Below, one piece after another: positions 28,360 through 44,054 of a stretch of 64,000 nucleotides of DNA. The notes under the pieces are model-generated. The model did no database searches and was not told the DNA's origin. It was given only the letters and a program-made list of their open reading frames with translations. The DNA lies in NCBI GenBank assembly GCA_951406725.2, contig OX597821.1:111476001-111540000 (forward strand), written 5' to 3'. The stretch comes from Octopus vulgaris. Its lineage: Eukaryota. Position 1 is the stretch's first letter; every line of letters starts with the position of its first letter. A program made the translations under genes and the position numbers.

Positions 28360-28577
28360 GTTTCAAATTTTGGCACAAGGCCAACAATTCTGAGGGAAGG
28401 GGCAAATTAACCTCCTCCTGCCAAGTACTCAAACGATACTTGCTTTTATCGACTCCTTGAGGATAAAAGGCAAAGTCTACCTCGCAGTCGAATTTATTTT
28501 AGAGACTCCGAAAGGATGAAAATCGACGTCGACGGCATTTGAACTCAGAACATCAAGACGGACGAAATGCTGCTAAG

Positions 28578-28578
<1 letters not shown>
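28358..28578 (-). mobile_element. SINE family A, decayed with internal duplication
   Basis: TTTCAAATTTTGGCACAAGGCC..TTTGAACTCAGAAC..GACGAAATGCTGCTAAG. Confidence 0.7.
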
Positions 28579-29120
<542 letters not shown>

Positions 29121-29316
29121 TTTTAGCGAAACAAATTCTATTCGCAAATGTGCTTAATGATTTGAGTCGTTCCCCTAAAAGTGGTTTTGTAAATTTCGGC
29201 CCCAAATGGTGTCTCAGACTCACATTGGTTTTTAATCAATGCCATAATATATGTGGTTAAGCTAGAAAATCGATTGAATCGAAATATGAAAATAAGCATG
29301 GAGAAATATGTTTGAG

Positions 29317-29448
<132 letters not shown>

Positions 29449-29485
29449 TATATATTTACACACACACACACGTATGAATGTATAG

Positions 29486-29520
<35 letters not shown>

Positions 29521-30078
29521 ACTAGAGAGAGAGAGAGAGAGAAGAGAGAGGAGAAGAGAGAGAGAAGAAGAAAGAGGTATTCAACAGATGAAAAACGCTT
29601 AGTCTTTAGAAGGATGTATACAACAATGTGGGTAAGTAACAATAACAACAACAATAAAACAGCAAAAAAAAAAAGAATAGTAAAAGAGAAAAACAATAAA
29701 AAAAGTAAAAACATGAAAATCCGGGATATTTTCTGTCAGCCCACAAACACCACTACCACCCAAACCATCAACACCACCACCACCACCATCATCACCACCA
29801 CCACCACCACCACCAAAAACAACAACAACAATGATAGCAATAAAAAATCCTAACAAAAACTACCCCGCCACCAAACAGTAGATTGGTCCGTAGCTTAATG
29901 ATGATGATGGTGATGATAGTGGTGATGATGATGATGGCTGTTGAGGTGATGGTGGGAGTGATGATGGTGATTGTGATTATAGTGATGATGATGATGATGA
30001 TAATAGTGGCACCGGTCCTGTTGGAGGTTGTACATGTGCAGTATATACTATATATACTTATATGCATATACATACATT

Positions 30079-30149
<71 letters not shown>

Positions 30150-30874
30150 ATATATGCATGTGTGTTTATATATATGCATGTGTATATATGTATATATATG
30201 TATATATATGTATGTGTATATGTATGTATGTGTGTGTATATATATGTATATGTTTATATGTGTATATGTGTGTATATGTATATATATGATTGAATCGAAA
30301 CTAAATACCTGGCACCAATCATAAAAGCTTCGTACTAAAAGCATAATAGATTTTTATCACAGTTGACTAAAGATTTAGTGCTCTCGTTAACAAATGTCGC
30401 CGAATGTGTTGGTTTGAGGATTAATAATGGCTACATTTATCATATTGTATTATATCATTATACTGTAGCATTTGGTTGCGACTGATTTTGCTTGTAGAAT
30501 CAGCTAGAATCAGTTAGAATCGAAGAACTATAATAACCGGAGGCGAAACCAACCGAAGCGACATAACAACAATGGCCGCCGCTTGCTTAAGGTGATGATG
30601 GCGGCGGCAACGGTGACGCTGGTGGTGTGGTGGTGGTGGTGGTGGTGGTGGTAATGGAGGTGATATGATATGGCTTGGTGAAGGAGAGCGACGACGATGA
30701 TGATGATGGTGGTGATGATGATGGTGGTGGTAGTAGTGGTGTTGGTGTCGCTGTTGTGGTGGTGATGATGATGACGACGATGGTGGTTGTGCTGCTAATG
30801 ATGATGATGTTGATAACGATAAAATTAAAAGAGATAAGGACAGAGAGAGAAAGAGAGAGAGAGAGAGAGATAGA

Positions 30875-30905
<31 letters not shown>

Positions 30906-30917
30906 TGAGAGGGGAAG

Positions 30918-30950
<33 letters not shown>

Positions 30951-31001
30951 TGGGGAGAGATATGTTTTTGGTACCTGCTGCTTTCTGACGCACAGATTCA
31001 G

Positions 31002-31073
<72 letters not shown>

Positions 31074-31227
31074 GCACTCACACAAACACATACATAAAAA
31101 CACGGGTGCATACACAATAACACACACACATACAAAACCACGGTTTTATACATACATATATATATAAATACATATATATATATATATATACATATAAATA
31201 TACATATACATATACATATATACATAC

Positions 31228-31264
<37 letters not shown>

Positions 31265-31268
31265 AATA

Positions 31269-32378
<1,110 letters not shown>

Positions 32379-32379
32379 G

Positions 32380-32920
<541 letters not shown>

Positions 32921-33156
32921 ACACACACATACGTATATATACACATATACACACTTAGCATTCTCATAGGCCCATATACATTCTTGTACACACTGTTTAA
33001 TGCAAAAACACAGTAAAGCAAGTACCAATATACTTCACCTACTCATATACACCCACTCAAACACGGAGACACATATACATACATACACGCATATATAGAT
33101 ACACGTAAATATAGAAATAATAAATGGTAATACAATATATATATATATATATATGC

Positions 33157-33222
<66 letters not shown>

Positions 33223-33324
33223 ATATGTATATATATATGTACATATGTATATATATATGTATATATATATATGTATATAAATGAAAGCGATTCCTAGAGA
33301 TTAACATACATATACATACATACA

Positions 33325-33358
<34 letters not shown>

Positions 33359-33502
33359 CATATATAGATGCATAAATGCATACATACACACATACGTGTA
33401 CATACATAGTGGTGATACAAATGGAGGTACACGTACATGCACATACAGACGCACATATATACGTATATACACATTCATATATGCATACACATTTGTATAT
33501 AC

Positions 33503-33568
<66 letters not shown>

Positions 33569-34483
33569 GTGTGTGTATGTATGTATGTATATATATGTAT
33601 ATATATATATATATATATATACATATATATACATACATACATACACATATACACATACTTACACATGTACATATAAATATTTTCACATGCATACATATAC
33701 ATACACACATTCAACAGTTTCTATAAAATCTCATAAGCGTTGATAATGCTTTGCACCCCCCTCACACACACACACATACACACATACGCACACACACGCA
33801 CTGACACGCATACACATACACATTCATAGTCACTCAGACACATAAATATATATACAAGCATGAATATATACACCTCCATAAAAAAATCTTACATCTAGGG
33901 ATAATACTCTGCGCATGCGCACAAACTCTCTGTCTCTCACACAGTCTCTCTCGCTCACACAATCACTCACGGACAGTCACACTTAGATACACATACGCAC
34001 ATACTTACATACATGCTTACATGTGTACATACATACATACATACATACATGCATGCATTCAAGAATTTCCATAAAAAACCTGAAACCAGGGATAACACTT
34101 TGCTCATGCGCACAAATACTCTCTCTCTCCTGCACACACACTCAATCGCATGCACACAATCACACACACACGCACACATACACAGATACACACACGTATT
34201 TACATAATTAGAAGCACCATCAAAAAATATATCCAGAGATAATACTCCGCCCATGCGCACATGTATTCGCGCGTGCGTGCACACACACAGACACACACAC
34301 ACACTCACATATCTACGCATACTTGCACACATATTTGCACACATACACACCTACTATGCACACACACACACACACTTACACACATACACACACATATATA
34401 CACACACATACACCTACACACACGCACATCTATGCATAATCATACACATACTTACACACACACTTACACACACACACACACTT

Positions 34484-34553
<70 letters not shown>

Positions 34554-35243
34554 GCACAAACACGCATACACGGACACGCTTACGCACACACTCACATCTA
34601 TGCATATTCACATACATAAATATACACACACACCTACGCATACACACATACACACACAGAAACACACACACATATACATACGCACGCACACTTACACACA
34701 ATTACTAGGAACCACGCAGAGATATATACAAGTTTATGTTAAAAAAAAAATGGAGGTAAAAAATAACCGAATGAAAAACACCAACGAAATCTCTCTAAAT
34801 GTGTATCTTTTACATGAAGGCGATCAGCATGTTGATGTAATAATGATGTACTTAAGTGCTCTGGTTACTCCTGAATCACTCAAGCGAGCAACTCTCCACT
34901 AGCATGGTTCCGCCATATTGGCAATAATTTCAAAGAACTAAAGAATTCATGAAGGAAGGACGAATGTATGTATAGGAGTGTTTGTCTATATGTGTATGCA
35001 TTTCTGTGAGTATGTATGTGTGTATACTTGTACTGCACGTACATGCATACGTATATGAATACATAATGCACACATACACACACGCATATATATGTATATA
35101 TTCACACATACACACATATTATATATTCACATATATAGATATTTATATATATGCTATGTATATATATCATATATAATTTTATATACACACTCGTAAATAT
35201 GCACATATATATGTATGTTAGACTCTGTATGTCTGTCTGTTTG

Positions 35244-35283
<40 letters not shown>

Positions 35284-35791
35284 CACATATATTTATATGC
35301 ATATAAATACATATACATACATACATGTATATGTATATATATGCATAAATATATATATACATATTTATACATATGTATATACATACATTCATACCAATAT
35401 ATATGTATATATATGTTTATATATATAAAGATATATATATAAAATCATATGCATATATATGTATACGTTTACACACACACACACACACTACACACACATT
35501 TTGTATTTTTAGGAATTTGTTGCTATTGTTCCTGTTGATGTTCCAGTCAATAAACTTAAATGTGGACGCCATTATTAAGCGCCATCAGGAGCACAGTGGG
35601 AGGCACAGTGAAGAGGAGGGTGGTCGAATCGATAGAGTGGCGGAAGGAATACGTCACACCATTTACCTAGTGGCGTTTTTTTATGTTCTTGGTTCAAATC
35701 CCACAGAAGGCAGGTTTGAATTTCGTCCTCATGGGATCTGGTCGTGAAATACTATTAGAAACCAATTAAAAATGTTAGCAGAGATTAATAC

Positions 35792-35940
35792 AGGCGCTGG
35801 CGTGGCTGCGAGCTAAGAAGCTCGCTGCCCAACCGCATAGTTCCGGGTTCAGTCCTATTGCATGGCACCTAGGGCAAATGTCTTTTACAATAGCCTCGGG
35901 CCGACCAAAACTTTGTGAGTGGATTTGGTAGACAGGAACT
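35792..35940 (+). mobile_element. SINE family B, 5' half
   Basis: TTCCGGGTTCAGTCC..GGCACCTAGGGCAAATGTCTT..GTGAGTGGATTTGGTAGAC. Confidence 0.8.
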
Positions 35941-36167
35941 TTATATATATTTATATATATATAAATTTTTATATAAAGCATTGGAGTTAGCTTAGAATTA
36001 ACGAAGGACAGACATGACCTGAACTCAAGACACTTCGATAAAATTCCGCCGGGGTTGACTTTGCATTTCAACCTTTCGGAGCCGATAAAATAAAGACAAG
36101 TCAATACTTATGCCGTTGTTCTCAACTAGCCTCTTCGTCTCCCAAAATTTCAGGACCTGTGACTATG

Positions 36168-36212
<45 letters not shown>

Positions 36213-36354
36213 ATAGTAGTAGGGGTATGCGTGTCGCTGCAACCACCCTTGGTAGATGATACGTTTGCACCAACCCATGGGTTTTTGGGTAGTCGTTGCT
36301 GGTGAGGGTTTTATAAGGTCGGAGTGTAAATCCTACCTCAATCTCTATTAGTTT

Positions 36355-36608
36355 CATAGCTCAGAGGTTAGGGCGTCGGGCTTACAATCATGAGGTAGTG
36401 AGTTCGATTCCTGGACTGGGCTGTGTGTTGTGTTCTTGAGCAAGATACTTTATTTCACGTTGCTCCAGTTCACTCATCTGTAGAAATGAGTCATGACGTT
36501 ACTTGCGCCAAGCTGTATCAGCTTTTGCTTTTCAATTGGATAACATCAGTGGTGTGGAGAGGGGAGGCTGATATGCATGGGTGACTGATGGTCTTCCGTA
36601 AACAACCT
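36355..36608 (+). mobile_element. tRNA-derived CORE-like SINE (family E)
   Basis: A box TAGCTCAGAGG, B box GAGTTCGATTCC, CORE-like TGTGTTCTTGAGCAAGATACTT..CTCATCTGTAGAAATG. Confidence 0.7.
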
Positions 36609-36860
36609 TGGCAGAATCGTTTTCACACCGAGCAGAATCGCTTTCGCACCTGGCAGAATCGTTTTCACACCTGTGAGAATCGTTTTCACACCTGGCAGAA
36701 TCACTTTCACACCTGGCAGAATCACTTTCACACCTGGCAGAATCGTTTGCACACCTGTGAGAACCGTTTTCACACCTGGCAGAATCGTTTTCACACCTGG
36801 CAGAATCGTTTGCACGCCTAGCAAAATCGTTTTCATACCTGGCAGAATCGTTTGCACACC
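36609..36860 (+). repeat. 21-bp minisatellite, 12 copies, derived from the SINE A head
   Basis: Unit TGGCAGAATCGTTTTCACACC versus SINE A TGGCAGAATCGTTAGCACGCC; the rest of SINE A follows at 36861-37045. Confidence 0.9.
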
Positions 36861-37461
36861 TGGCATAATGTGTTGAAACATTTCGTCCGTCTGTACCTTC
36901 TAAGTTGAAATTCCGCCAGGGTCGACTTTGCCTTTCACCCTTTCCACGTCGATGAAGCTAATACCAGTGGGCCACTGGGGGTCAATGTAATTGACTAGCA
37001 CCATCTTTCCCGCAAAACTTCAGACCTTGTACCTATGGTAGAAAGAAAGAATTCTACAGAATAGAAGAAAGTAATAGAGATGATATCGTTAGTGGTGTTG
37101 AAGGTGGTGGTGTTAGTGGTGGTGGTGCTGATAGGAGTGGCCATATTTGTGGTTAATGATTTATGTAAGATTGAAGCAAGTACTTCAGTGATTCCTTCGA
37201 TGAAAGACTAATAAGGATGATGAAGATGATGAAAGCATTTGAGTATTAACAGAATAATAAAGACAGGCGGCAATGACATAATATCATAAAAGTTTGCTTT
37301 GATTACGCCATCGTGATAATATGTTGACTTGAGCCAGCCGCCATTTTGACGGCGTTCAGTTACAGCTGGTTTGTGGAGGGTTAAGATTAAACAAAGCGAT
37401 AAAGAGGTATTAAGGCGAAGATATATACATATATACATATATGTGTATATACATACATACA

Positions 37462-37522
<61 letters not shown>

Positions 37523-38955
37523 ATATGTATGTATGTATACATATATGTGTGTGTGTGTGTGTGTGTGTGTATACGTTGGAGAGCATCAAGGAAATGTAAT
37601 GAAAAGTGTTCGGAGAAGGAAGATGAGGATAAGAGGACAGCGCTGTAGGGCGGAGAAATGCAATTAGAAAATGGCATTGAGAGAATGTTGAGAAGGAATT
37701 ATATATAGTGATTGGAGGAGGAAGAAGAGGAGGAGGTGTAATAAGGGGGTGATGGAAGTGGAGGAGTAGATGGAAGAGAAGGGGGAGATGGAAGTGGGGG
37801 AGGAGTGTATTGGCAGAATTTACGAGGAACAAATTCTGTAAGGAACTGATAGAAAAGAAATGAAAGATAAGTGAAGAAATTAAATAAAGGTAGCAATAAG
37901 AATTGGTGGTGGTGGGGGTGGTGGGGGTGGTGGGGGTTGGATAGTAGGGAACAGGCGGTGTGGGTAGAAAGGGAGGGTGGAGAAGTAGAGAGGGGGTTAG
38001 AGTGTGAGAGGAAGACGATCTAGGTAATTGTGAGGGGAGTACGAACGACCAATTAAAAAGTAGGGCGAAAGAGAGGTACAGGCAGTTAGAGAGAGAGAGG
38101 GGGGGAGAGAGAAAGAGATAGACAGACAGACAGACAGACAGAGGAAGGTAGTAAAAGAGAGTGCGAAGAAGAGGTAGCTGAAGGAGATATAATATGGTGG
38201 GACTCGTGAGAATTCAAAGAGAATAAATGTGAAAGGAAAGGAAAATAAGCGAAAGAGAGTGAAGAATTCAGGGATAGTGTCACGTTGATAGAAAGAAAGA
38301 TAGATAAACAGATAGAAAGACACAATGATGGCTACAACATAGATTTCTAGATGCGAAAACGAAATTAGAAAAATTAAATATTTATAAATACCAGAACGAA
38401 AACGAATAATTGGCTTGATATTAGCTATATGCAGCGCTCTTCACAATATGCAACGCTCTTCTCAATATGCAAGGCTCTTAATATACTAAGCACTTTGCAA
38501 TATGCAACGCAGTTCTCGATATGTAAAGTCTTTCATCACACGTTGAAACCTCCTCCAACCGTTTGATCTTACATGTGGGATCCGCTGTTGTTGCTGTCTC
38601 TTGTTAAAGAGTCGATGGTTCATATCTCACCTTGTAAAATCCTCTCCCCAAAATGAGAAAAAATATGTAAATATTAATTTGAAAACGGTGTATCAAACTC
38701 AACGCAGATACATCTCGGAAAACCAAATTAACTGCGGTATTCTCCCGGAGATAATATGTCCTTATTTAAAAAAAAATTTAAGCTAAAACAATGTAAGTTC
38801 AAAAACAGTAAAAATCACAGGTCGATGGTTTGTACAATTACTTGGTTTTTCAATATTTTAGGGTTAGGCGCCCTTCTTCAGGAAATCTATGGATATGTTG
38901 GCCGCTGATTTCTCTGATCTGTAGTGTGTTACAGAGCAGAAAAGTAAGCTATCAA

Positions 38956-39031
<76 letters not shown>

Positions 39032-39080
39032 AGTCGCTATCTGCCTGTCTGTCTATCTATCTATCTCAGTAAGTAATAAG

Positions 39081-39141
<61 letters not shown>

Positions 39142-39146
39142 ATTGT

Positions 39147-39393
39147 GAAGGTGTGTGGCCTAGTGGTTAGGCTGTTGTCTTCAGGATCGCTAGATCGTGG
39201 GTTCGATTCCCTGACTGGGTGGAGCATTGTGTTCTTGATCAAACCATTTCATTTCACGTTGATCCAGTCCCCTTTCAATCAGCGGGGAAAGTTGTCCTGC
39301 TCGATCAGCCAGTAGGGTGGCGTCATTGGAAGGCTAAAACAATGCAGAAAAAGCGCATTGTGACCAGCCTGATAGCCTGGTCGGTCACGTGAT
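39147..39393 (+). mobile_element. SINE family D, tRNA-derived
   Basis: A box TGGCCTAGTGG, B box GGTTCGATTCC, tail GATAGCCTGGTCGGTCACG. Confidence 0.8.
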
Positions 39394-39971
39394 GTATATA
39401 TATATATATATGTGTGTGAGTGTGTGTGTGTGTGTGCATGGGTGTAATATCAGTAGCAGACAAAAATCGTCCAGGAGAGTTGGTGGGAATGTTAGATGCG
39501 CATTTCTGGCTCTTTGCGCTTCGTCAGCAGCATGTAGCCGATTCCAACCGCATGGCAAAATAAAACCCATCGCCACTAATATAAGAAAACAGCGACTGAA
39601 AAATCACTAGTGTTGCAATTAGCCAGCTAAATATAAATTCGTTATGTGTAACAGGAGTAAATTAGATTAAAATAATAAATCTTAATGACTCTCTCCTCTT
39701 AGTTGCGAACATGGATGAAAAAGAAGTAGAAACAGACAGACGTATTTAATGAAGTGCTAAGCCGAAAATAACTTTAATGACATGAGATTATACCAATAAT
39801 GAGAAAGTAAGTCATTAGTGTTAATGAAAGTATGTTTCGAATAAAGAAAGGGGAACAACACTGTTGCCCATGGTATACTCAGTCGCTTACACGCAAATTC
39901 AATAATATATATATATGTATGTGTGTGTATACGCATGTGAGTGTATGTGTGTATGTAAGTGTGTATGTGCG

Positions 39972-40011
<40 letters not shown>

Positions 40012-40213
40012 TACATCTATACGTATATATATATATATATATATATAAGTAGTTGGATGAATTATCCTAGTATGGATAATTCGGTTAACCGATACCCGGG
40101 TAGCAAATTCACGTCAGAAAACACGGTTGAAGCTATATACCAAGGGCAGAGATCACGTGCTTTCGTGTGGGCAGTCATCTAAAAGTTTTTGTTCGTCATG
40201 ATGCTGACATAAG

Positions 40214-40312
40214 TTCCTTGTCTTTCCTGATGAGAAGGCGGCATAATGCACCCTTTATTCCTTCGGAATTAGGAATATGCAGTCTTCGAAACATATGTCG
40301 AGAATAAAGGAA
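40214..40312 (+). ncRNA. Type-I hammerhead ribozyme motif, canonical core
   Basis: TTTC-CTGATGA(40227-33)-GAAGGCGGCATA..TATGCAGTCTTC-GAAA(40288-91)-CATATG-TC-GAGA, in a ~300-bp insert (40045-40348) flanked by (TA)n. Confidence 0.75.
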
Positions 40313-40345
40313 TTTTGTTAAATCGTCGTTCGACTCCATTCTTTC

Positions 40346-40425
<80 letters not shown>

Positions 40426-40436
40426 GCATAGACGCC

Positions 40437-40620
40437 ATGATAGATCGTTAGCCACTACACACATTTTTTCGCTCCTTGTTTTTTCTGTGTCCCTTTCTGT
40501 AGAAGAGCGTAGGCTCGAAACGTAAAAGACTTTTTCTATTCCTGAGCGTTATACTAATACATCTGTTTGTTTTGTACACCACCTGTCTTCGTCTTTTGTT
40601 TTTTTCGTAAACTCTCCCTA
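40437..40620 (+). mobile_element. Family H1 element
   Basis: CTTT-CTGTAGA-A-GAGC-GTAG-GCTC-GAAA-CG-TA-AAAG at 40493-40528; ends in (TA)n. Confidence 0.8.
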
Positions 40621-40694
40621 TATATATATATATGCATATGTGGGTACAGGACGTCACGAAACATACAACAAAAAATAATATTTGTCCAAACTCC

Positions 40695-40880
40695 GTCTGG
40701 ACAAATTTCTTCAAGGAATACCGGATAAACCACCTATAACTAGCTACAACTTATTCAACAAGAACTCCTTACTCGAATGGACTATGACACCATAAAACTT
40801 GACTTGAAAAGGATTTAGCTAGTCCTATCAGGTGGTGCCATAATATTAAGTCAGACCAATCTTTGGTCGAAACATAATCT
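40695..40880 (+). mobile_element. Short CR1/L2-like LINE 3' end
   Basis: RLDKFLQGIPDKPP..KNSLLEW resembles KLDLFLSGFPDEP..SNSLIDQ at 32600. Confidence 0.55.
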
Positions 40881-40895
40881 AAGTTATTTAAGTTA

Positions 40896-42134
40896 CGAGG
40901 GGCGTTCAATAAGTAATGCCTCTGACCCACTTGCCTTTGTTTGATCTAACTGAAATTTTGCATGTGCAATTATTTATTTCTATAAATTACGTGGCAAATT
41001 ACAGCTCCAAACTAATTGTGGTTTCTGATTTACAGGTGTTTGAAATGAGTCAAGTGAGTGTCCTGTTGAGAGCAGTGATCCGGTTTTGTATTTGAAATGA
41101 CGAACACCACAGGAGACTTTTGATGAAATGAAAGTAACTTATGGTGATGATGCCCCATCATATGACCTTGTAAAACGCTGGCATCGTGAATTCAAACATG
41201 GTCGGAACTCTGTGGAAACAGCTCCCAGATCTGGTCGCACCACTTCTGCCATTGATGAGGCATCTGTCCATCAAGTTGAGGCTGCTATTTTGAAAGATCG
41301 GCGCATAACTATTCGCCAAATAGCCCATGAGGTCAAGATTAGTACCGGGTCTGTGGAAACTATCATTCATGACCATTTGCATATGCAAAAGGTCTCTGTC
41401 AGATGGATTCCCAGGTTGTTCACACTTTTCCAGAAGCAAGAACGCGTCGAGTGCTCGGGGATGAATTTAGGGATGTGCCAAGAAGATGAGTCAAAATTTT
41501 TCAAAAGACTGATTACACAGGATGAGACCTGGGTCCATCACTATGATCTAGAGACCAAAGCCCAGTCAATGCAGTGGAAGCGCCATGACTCACCTCCTCC
41601 AAAGAAGGCAAGGGTGCAGCCCTCCGCTGGCAAGGTCATGCTCAGAGTCTTCTGGGACCAGGACGGAGTAGTGATGACAGATTTCCTGGCAAAGGGTACC
41701 ACAATTACAGGAGCCTATCATGCTTCACTTTTGAGGAAATTAAGAGAAGCTATCAAAACCAAGAGGCGAGGCAAGATCAGCAAAGGCATCCTCCTCTTGC
41801 AGGACAACGCTCCGGTCCACAACTCGCGTGTCGCCAGATCAGAAGCACAGGCGTGCGGCTATGAACTCTCCCCCCATCCCCCTACTCTCCTGACCTTGCA
41901 CCCTCTGATTTTCACCTCTTCCCAGCCATGAAGTTGTTTTTGAAAGGAAAGCGTTTCCCAGATGATGCAGCCTTGATTTCTGAAGTCACTTCGTGGTTGG
42001 AGGACCAAGCTGGGGTCTTCTACGGAAACGGTCTCCAGAGCTGCATCAAGAAAAAGACTAATAACTGTGCCAAGTTTCGTTGCTCTACTGCTATGGGAAG
42101 TTGATCAGGGGCATTACTTATTGAACGCCCCTCG
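40896..42134 (+). mobile_element. Near full-length mariner transposon (DD34D type)
   Basis: TIRs CGAGGGGCGTTCAATAAGTAATGCC / GGCATTACTTATTGAACGCCCCTCG, TA on both sides, 1239 bp. Confidence 0.95.
41070..42060 (+). pseudogene. Mariner transposase with frameshifts (main ORF 41128-41931)
   Basis: VKRWHREFK..PRSGR, WIPRLFT, TQDETWVHHY, LQDNAPVH, HPP then frameshifted SPDLAPSDFHLF; N-terminal stop and C-terminal deletion. Confidence 0.9.
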
Positions 42135-42149
42135 TATATGTAATTTTTA

Positions 42150-42350
42150 GCTTTAATTTGTTTCCATCATTAGACTGCTGCTATGCTGGAGTACCGTGCT
42201 GAAGAATTTTAGCCGAATGAATCGACTCCGAGACTTATTTTTTTAAGTACGCCACATATTCTATCGCTTTATTTCGCCGAACCGCTAAGTTACGGAGACG
42301 TGAACACTCCAACACCGCTTGTCAAGCGATGGGGCGAGGAGAAACAAAGA
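42150..42350 (-). mobile_element. SINE family B, 3' half
   Basis: GCCGAACCGCTAAGTTACGGAGACGTGAACAC..TTGTCAAGCGATG. Confidence 0.75.
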
Positions 42351-42366
42351 AGAAAGATACACACGC

Positions 42367-42403
<37 letters not shown>

Positions 42404-42528
42404 GAAATTTGGCAGCATATTAAAATACCTTTAAAGACGAAAATTATAAACAATTTATAAACAAGGACAAAAGAAAAAAAATTCTATATGCTGAGAATAG
42501 ACTAACAGAATTTTTTTAAAATTCGTTA

Positions 42529-42587
42529 TCTCTATATTGAATCAATTTCAGGATTAATCCCACAGATTTTCTCCTCTTCAGTAGAGA
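42529..42587 (-). ncRNA. Type-I hammerhead ribozyme motif, core intact
   Basis: Minus strand TCTCTA-CTGAAGA-GGA..TCCt-GAAA-TTGATTCAA-TA-TAGAGA; perfect 6-bp stem I; element flanked by (TA)n. Confidence 0.65.
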
Positions 42588-42590
42588 ACA

Positions 42591-42668
<78 letters not shown>

Positions 42669-42699
42669 AGAAAGTTGGTTTGTGAAAGCACGTGGTTGA

Positions 42700-43048
42700 A
42701 TATATAGAAAATAGTAAAAAGTGAAAAAACTACAGAAGGCTTGTTTTAAAGGTTAAAAAATATATATTTGAGTTAATATGTCTGAAGGATATTATAAATT
42801 TTTTCTTACAATGACGTAGTTTAGAAGAAATGACCGGTTTCGCGTTTAGCTTTTCACTCCTCAACATAAACATAACGATGTGAGAAATTTGAAAAGCTAA
42901 ACGCGAAACCGGTCATTTCTTCTAAATTATGTCATTGTAAGAAAAATATTTATAATATCCTTCAGACATATTGACTCAAATATATATTTTTTAACCTTTT
43001 AAAACAAGCCTTCTGTAGTTTTTTCACTTTTTACTATTTTCTATATAT
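42700..43048. repeat. Long inverted repeat (arms ~157 bp, 33-nt spacer) containing a decayed hammerhead
   Basis: 42700-42856 is the reverse complement of 42890-43048; AGAAAT-TTGAAAA-GC-taaac-GC-GAAA-CCGG-TC-ATTTCT at 42883-42920. Confidence 0.9.
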
Positions 43049-43074
43049 ATGTATATATATATATATATATATAT

Positions 43075-43415
43075 GATGGGCTTCTTTCAGTTTCTGTCTA
43101 CCAAATCCATTTACAAGGGTTTGGTTGGCCCGTGGTCTATAGTAGAAGACACTTGCCCAAGGTACCACGGGGGGTGGGGTCTGAATCCTGAACAATTAGT
43201 TGTTTCAGTCATTTGACAGCGACCATGCTAGAGCAGCGCCTTTTAGTCGAGCAAATCGACCCCAGGACTTATTCTTTGTAAGCCTAGTACTTATTCCATC
43301 GGTCTCTTTTGCCGAACCGCTGTATAACGGAGACGTAAACACATTCCAGCATCGGTTGTCAAGCGATGTTGGGGGTGACAAACACAGACACACAGAGAGA
43401 CACACACACACGCAT

Positions 43416-43450
<35 letters not shown>

Positions 43451-43630
43451 CACACACACACATGCACGACGGGCTTCTTTCAGTTTGTGTCTACAAGATC
43501 CACTCATAAGGCTTTGGCCGGCCCGAAGCTATAGTAGAAGGCACTTACCCAAGGTGCCAGGCAATGGGACTGAACCCGGAACCATGTCGTTGGTAAGCTA
43601 GCTACTTACCACACAGCCACTCCCGTGCCT
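43075..43630 (-). mobile_element. SINE B 5' half (43075-43195) followed by a full SINE B (43200-43630)
   Basis: Reverse-complement matches to 52190-52608. Confidence 0.85.
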
Positions 43631-43983
43631 ATAAAATAGAGCTGCATCGCCCATACTTCACCAGCTTTCTGAACTGCTGTTCTTTCGCTCGCTTTTTATT
43701 TCTCCTTAGATATAATACCAAGAATATTCATAAGATTTTGGTTACGAGAGCCGCAGAGAATTCCTCAACGTCACGCAACCATATGAATGCACTTTTGTCG
43801 CCCTTCATCGTCATTGCTTGGTGTCTGTTCTCTCTTTTTGAGGAGAAGGAAGGAAAGAGGAAAAACCCGTTTAAACGATTAATACAGAGATATTTGATCC
43901 GCGCGCAAACACAAGCGGTGGTTTGTAGTGTCTTTGTATTTTGGCAACCATGTAGAGCTTGTGTTTTCGTACATACACACACA

Positions 43984-44054
<71 letters not shown>

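Noticed and set aside
30498-30591. Possible first coding exon (TTTTGCTTGTAG acceptor, ACAACAATGGCC start, AG|GTGATG donor)
   Set aside because: Only six codons, a weak donor running into a (GAT/GGT) repeat, and no homology; needs RNA-seq
41128-41931. Domesticated SETMAR-like gene
   Set aside because: Flanked by intact TIRs and TA TSDs, frameshifted, and lacking a SET domain: an ordinary mariner copy
43710-43970. Possible exon after a pyrimidine-rich acceptor TTTCTCCTTAG
   Set aside because: The open frame has no recognisable domain and no clear donor before the (CA)n tract
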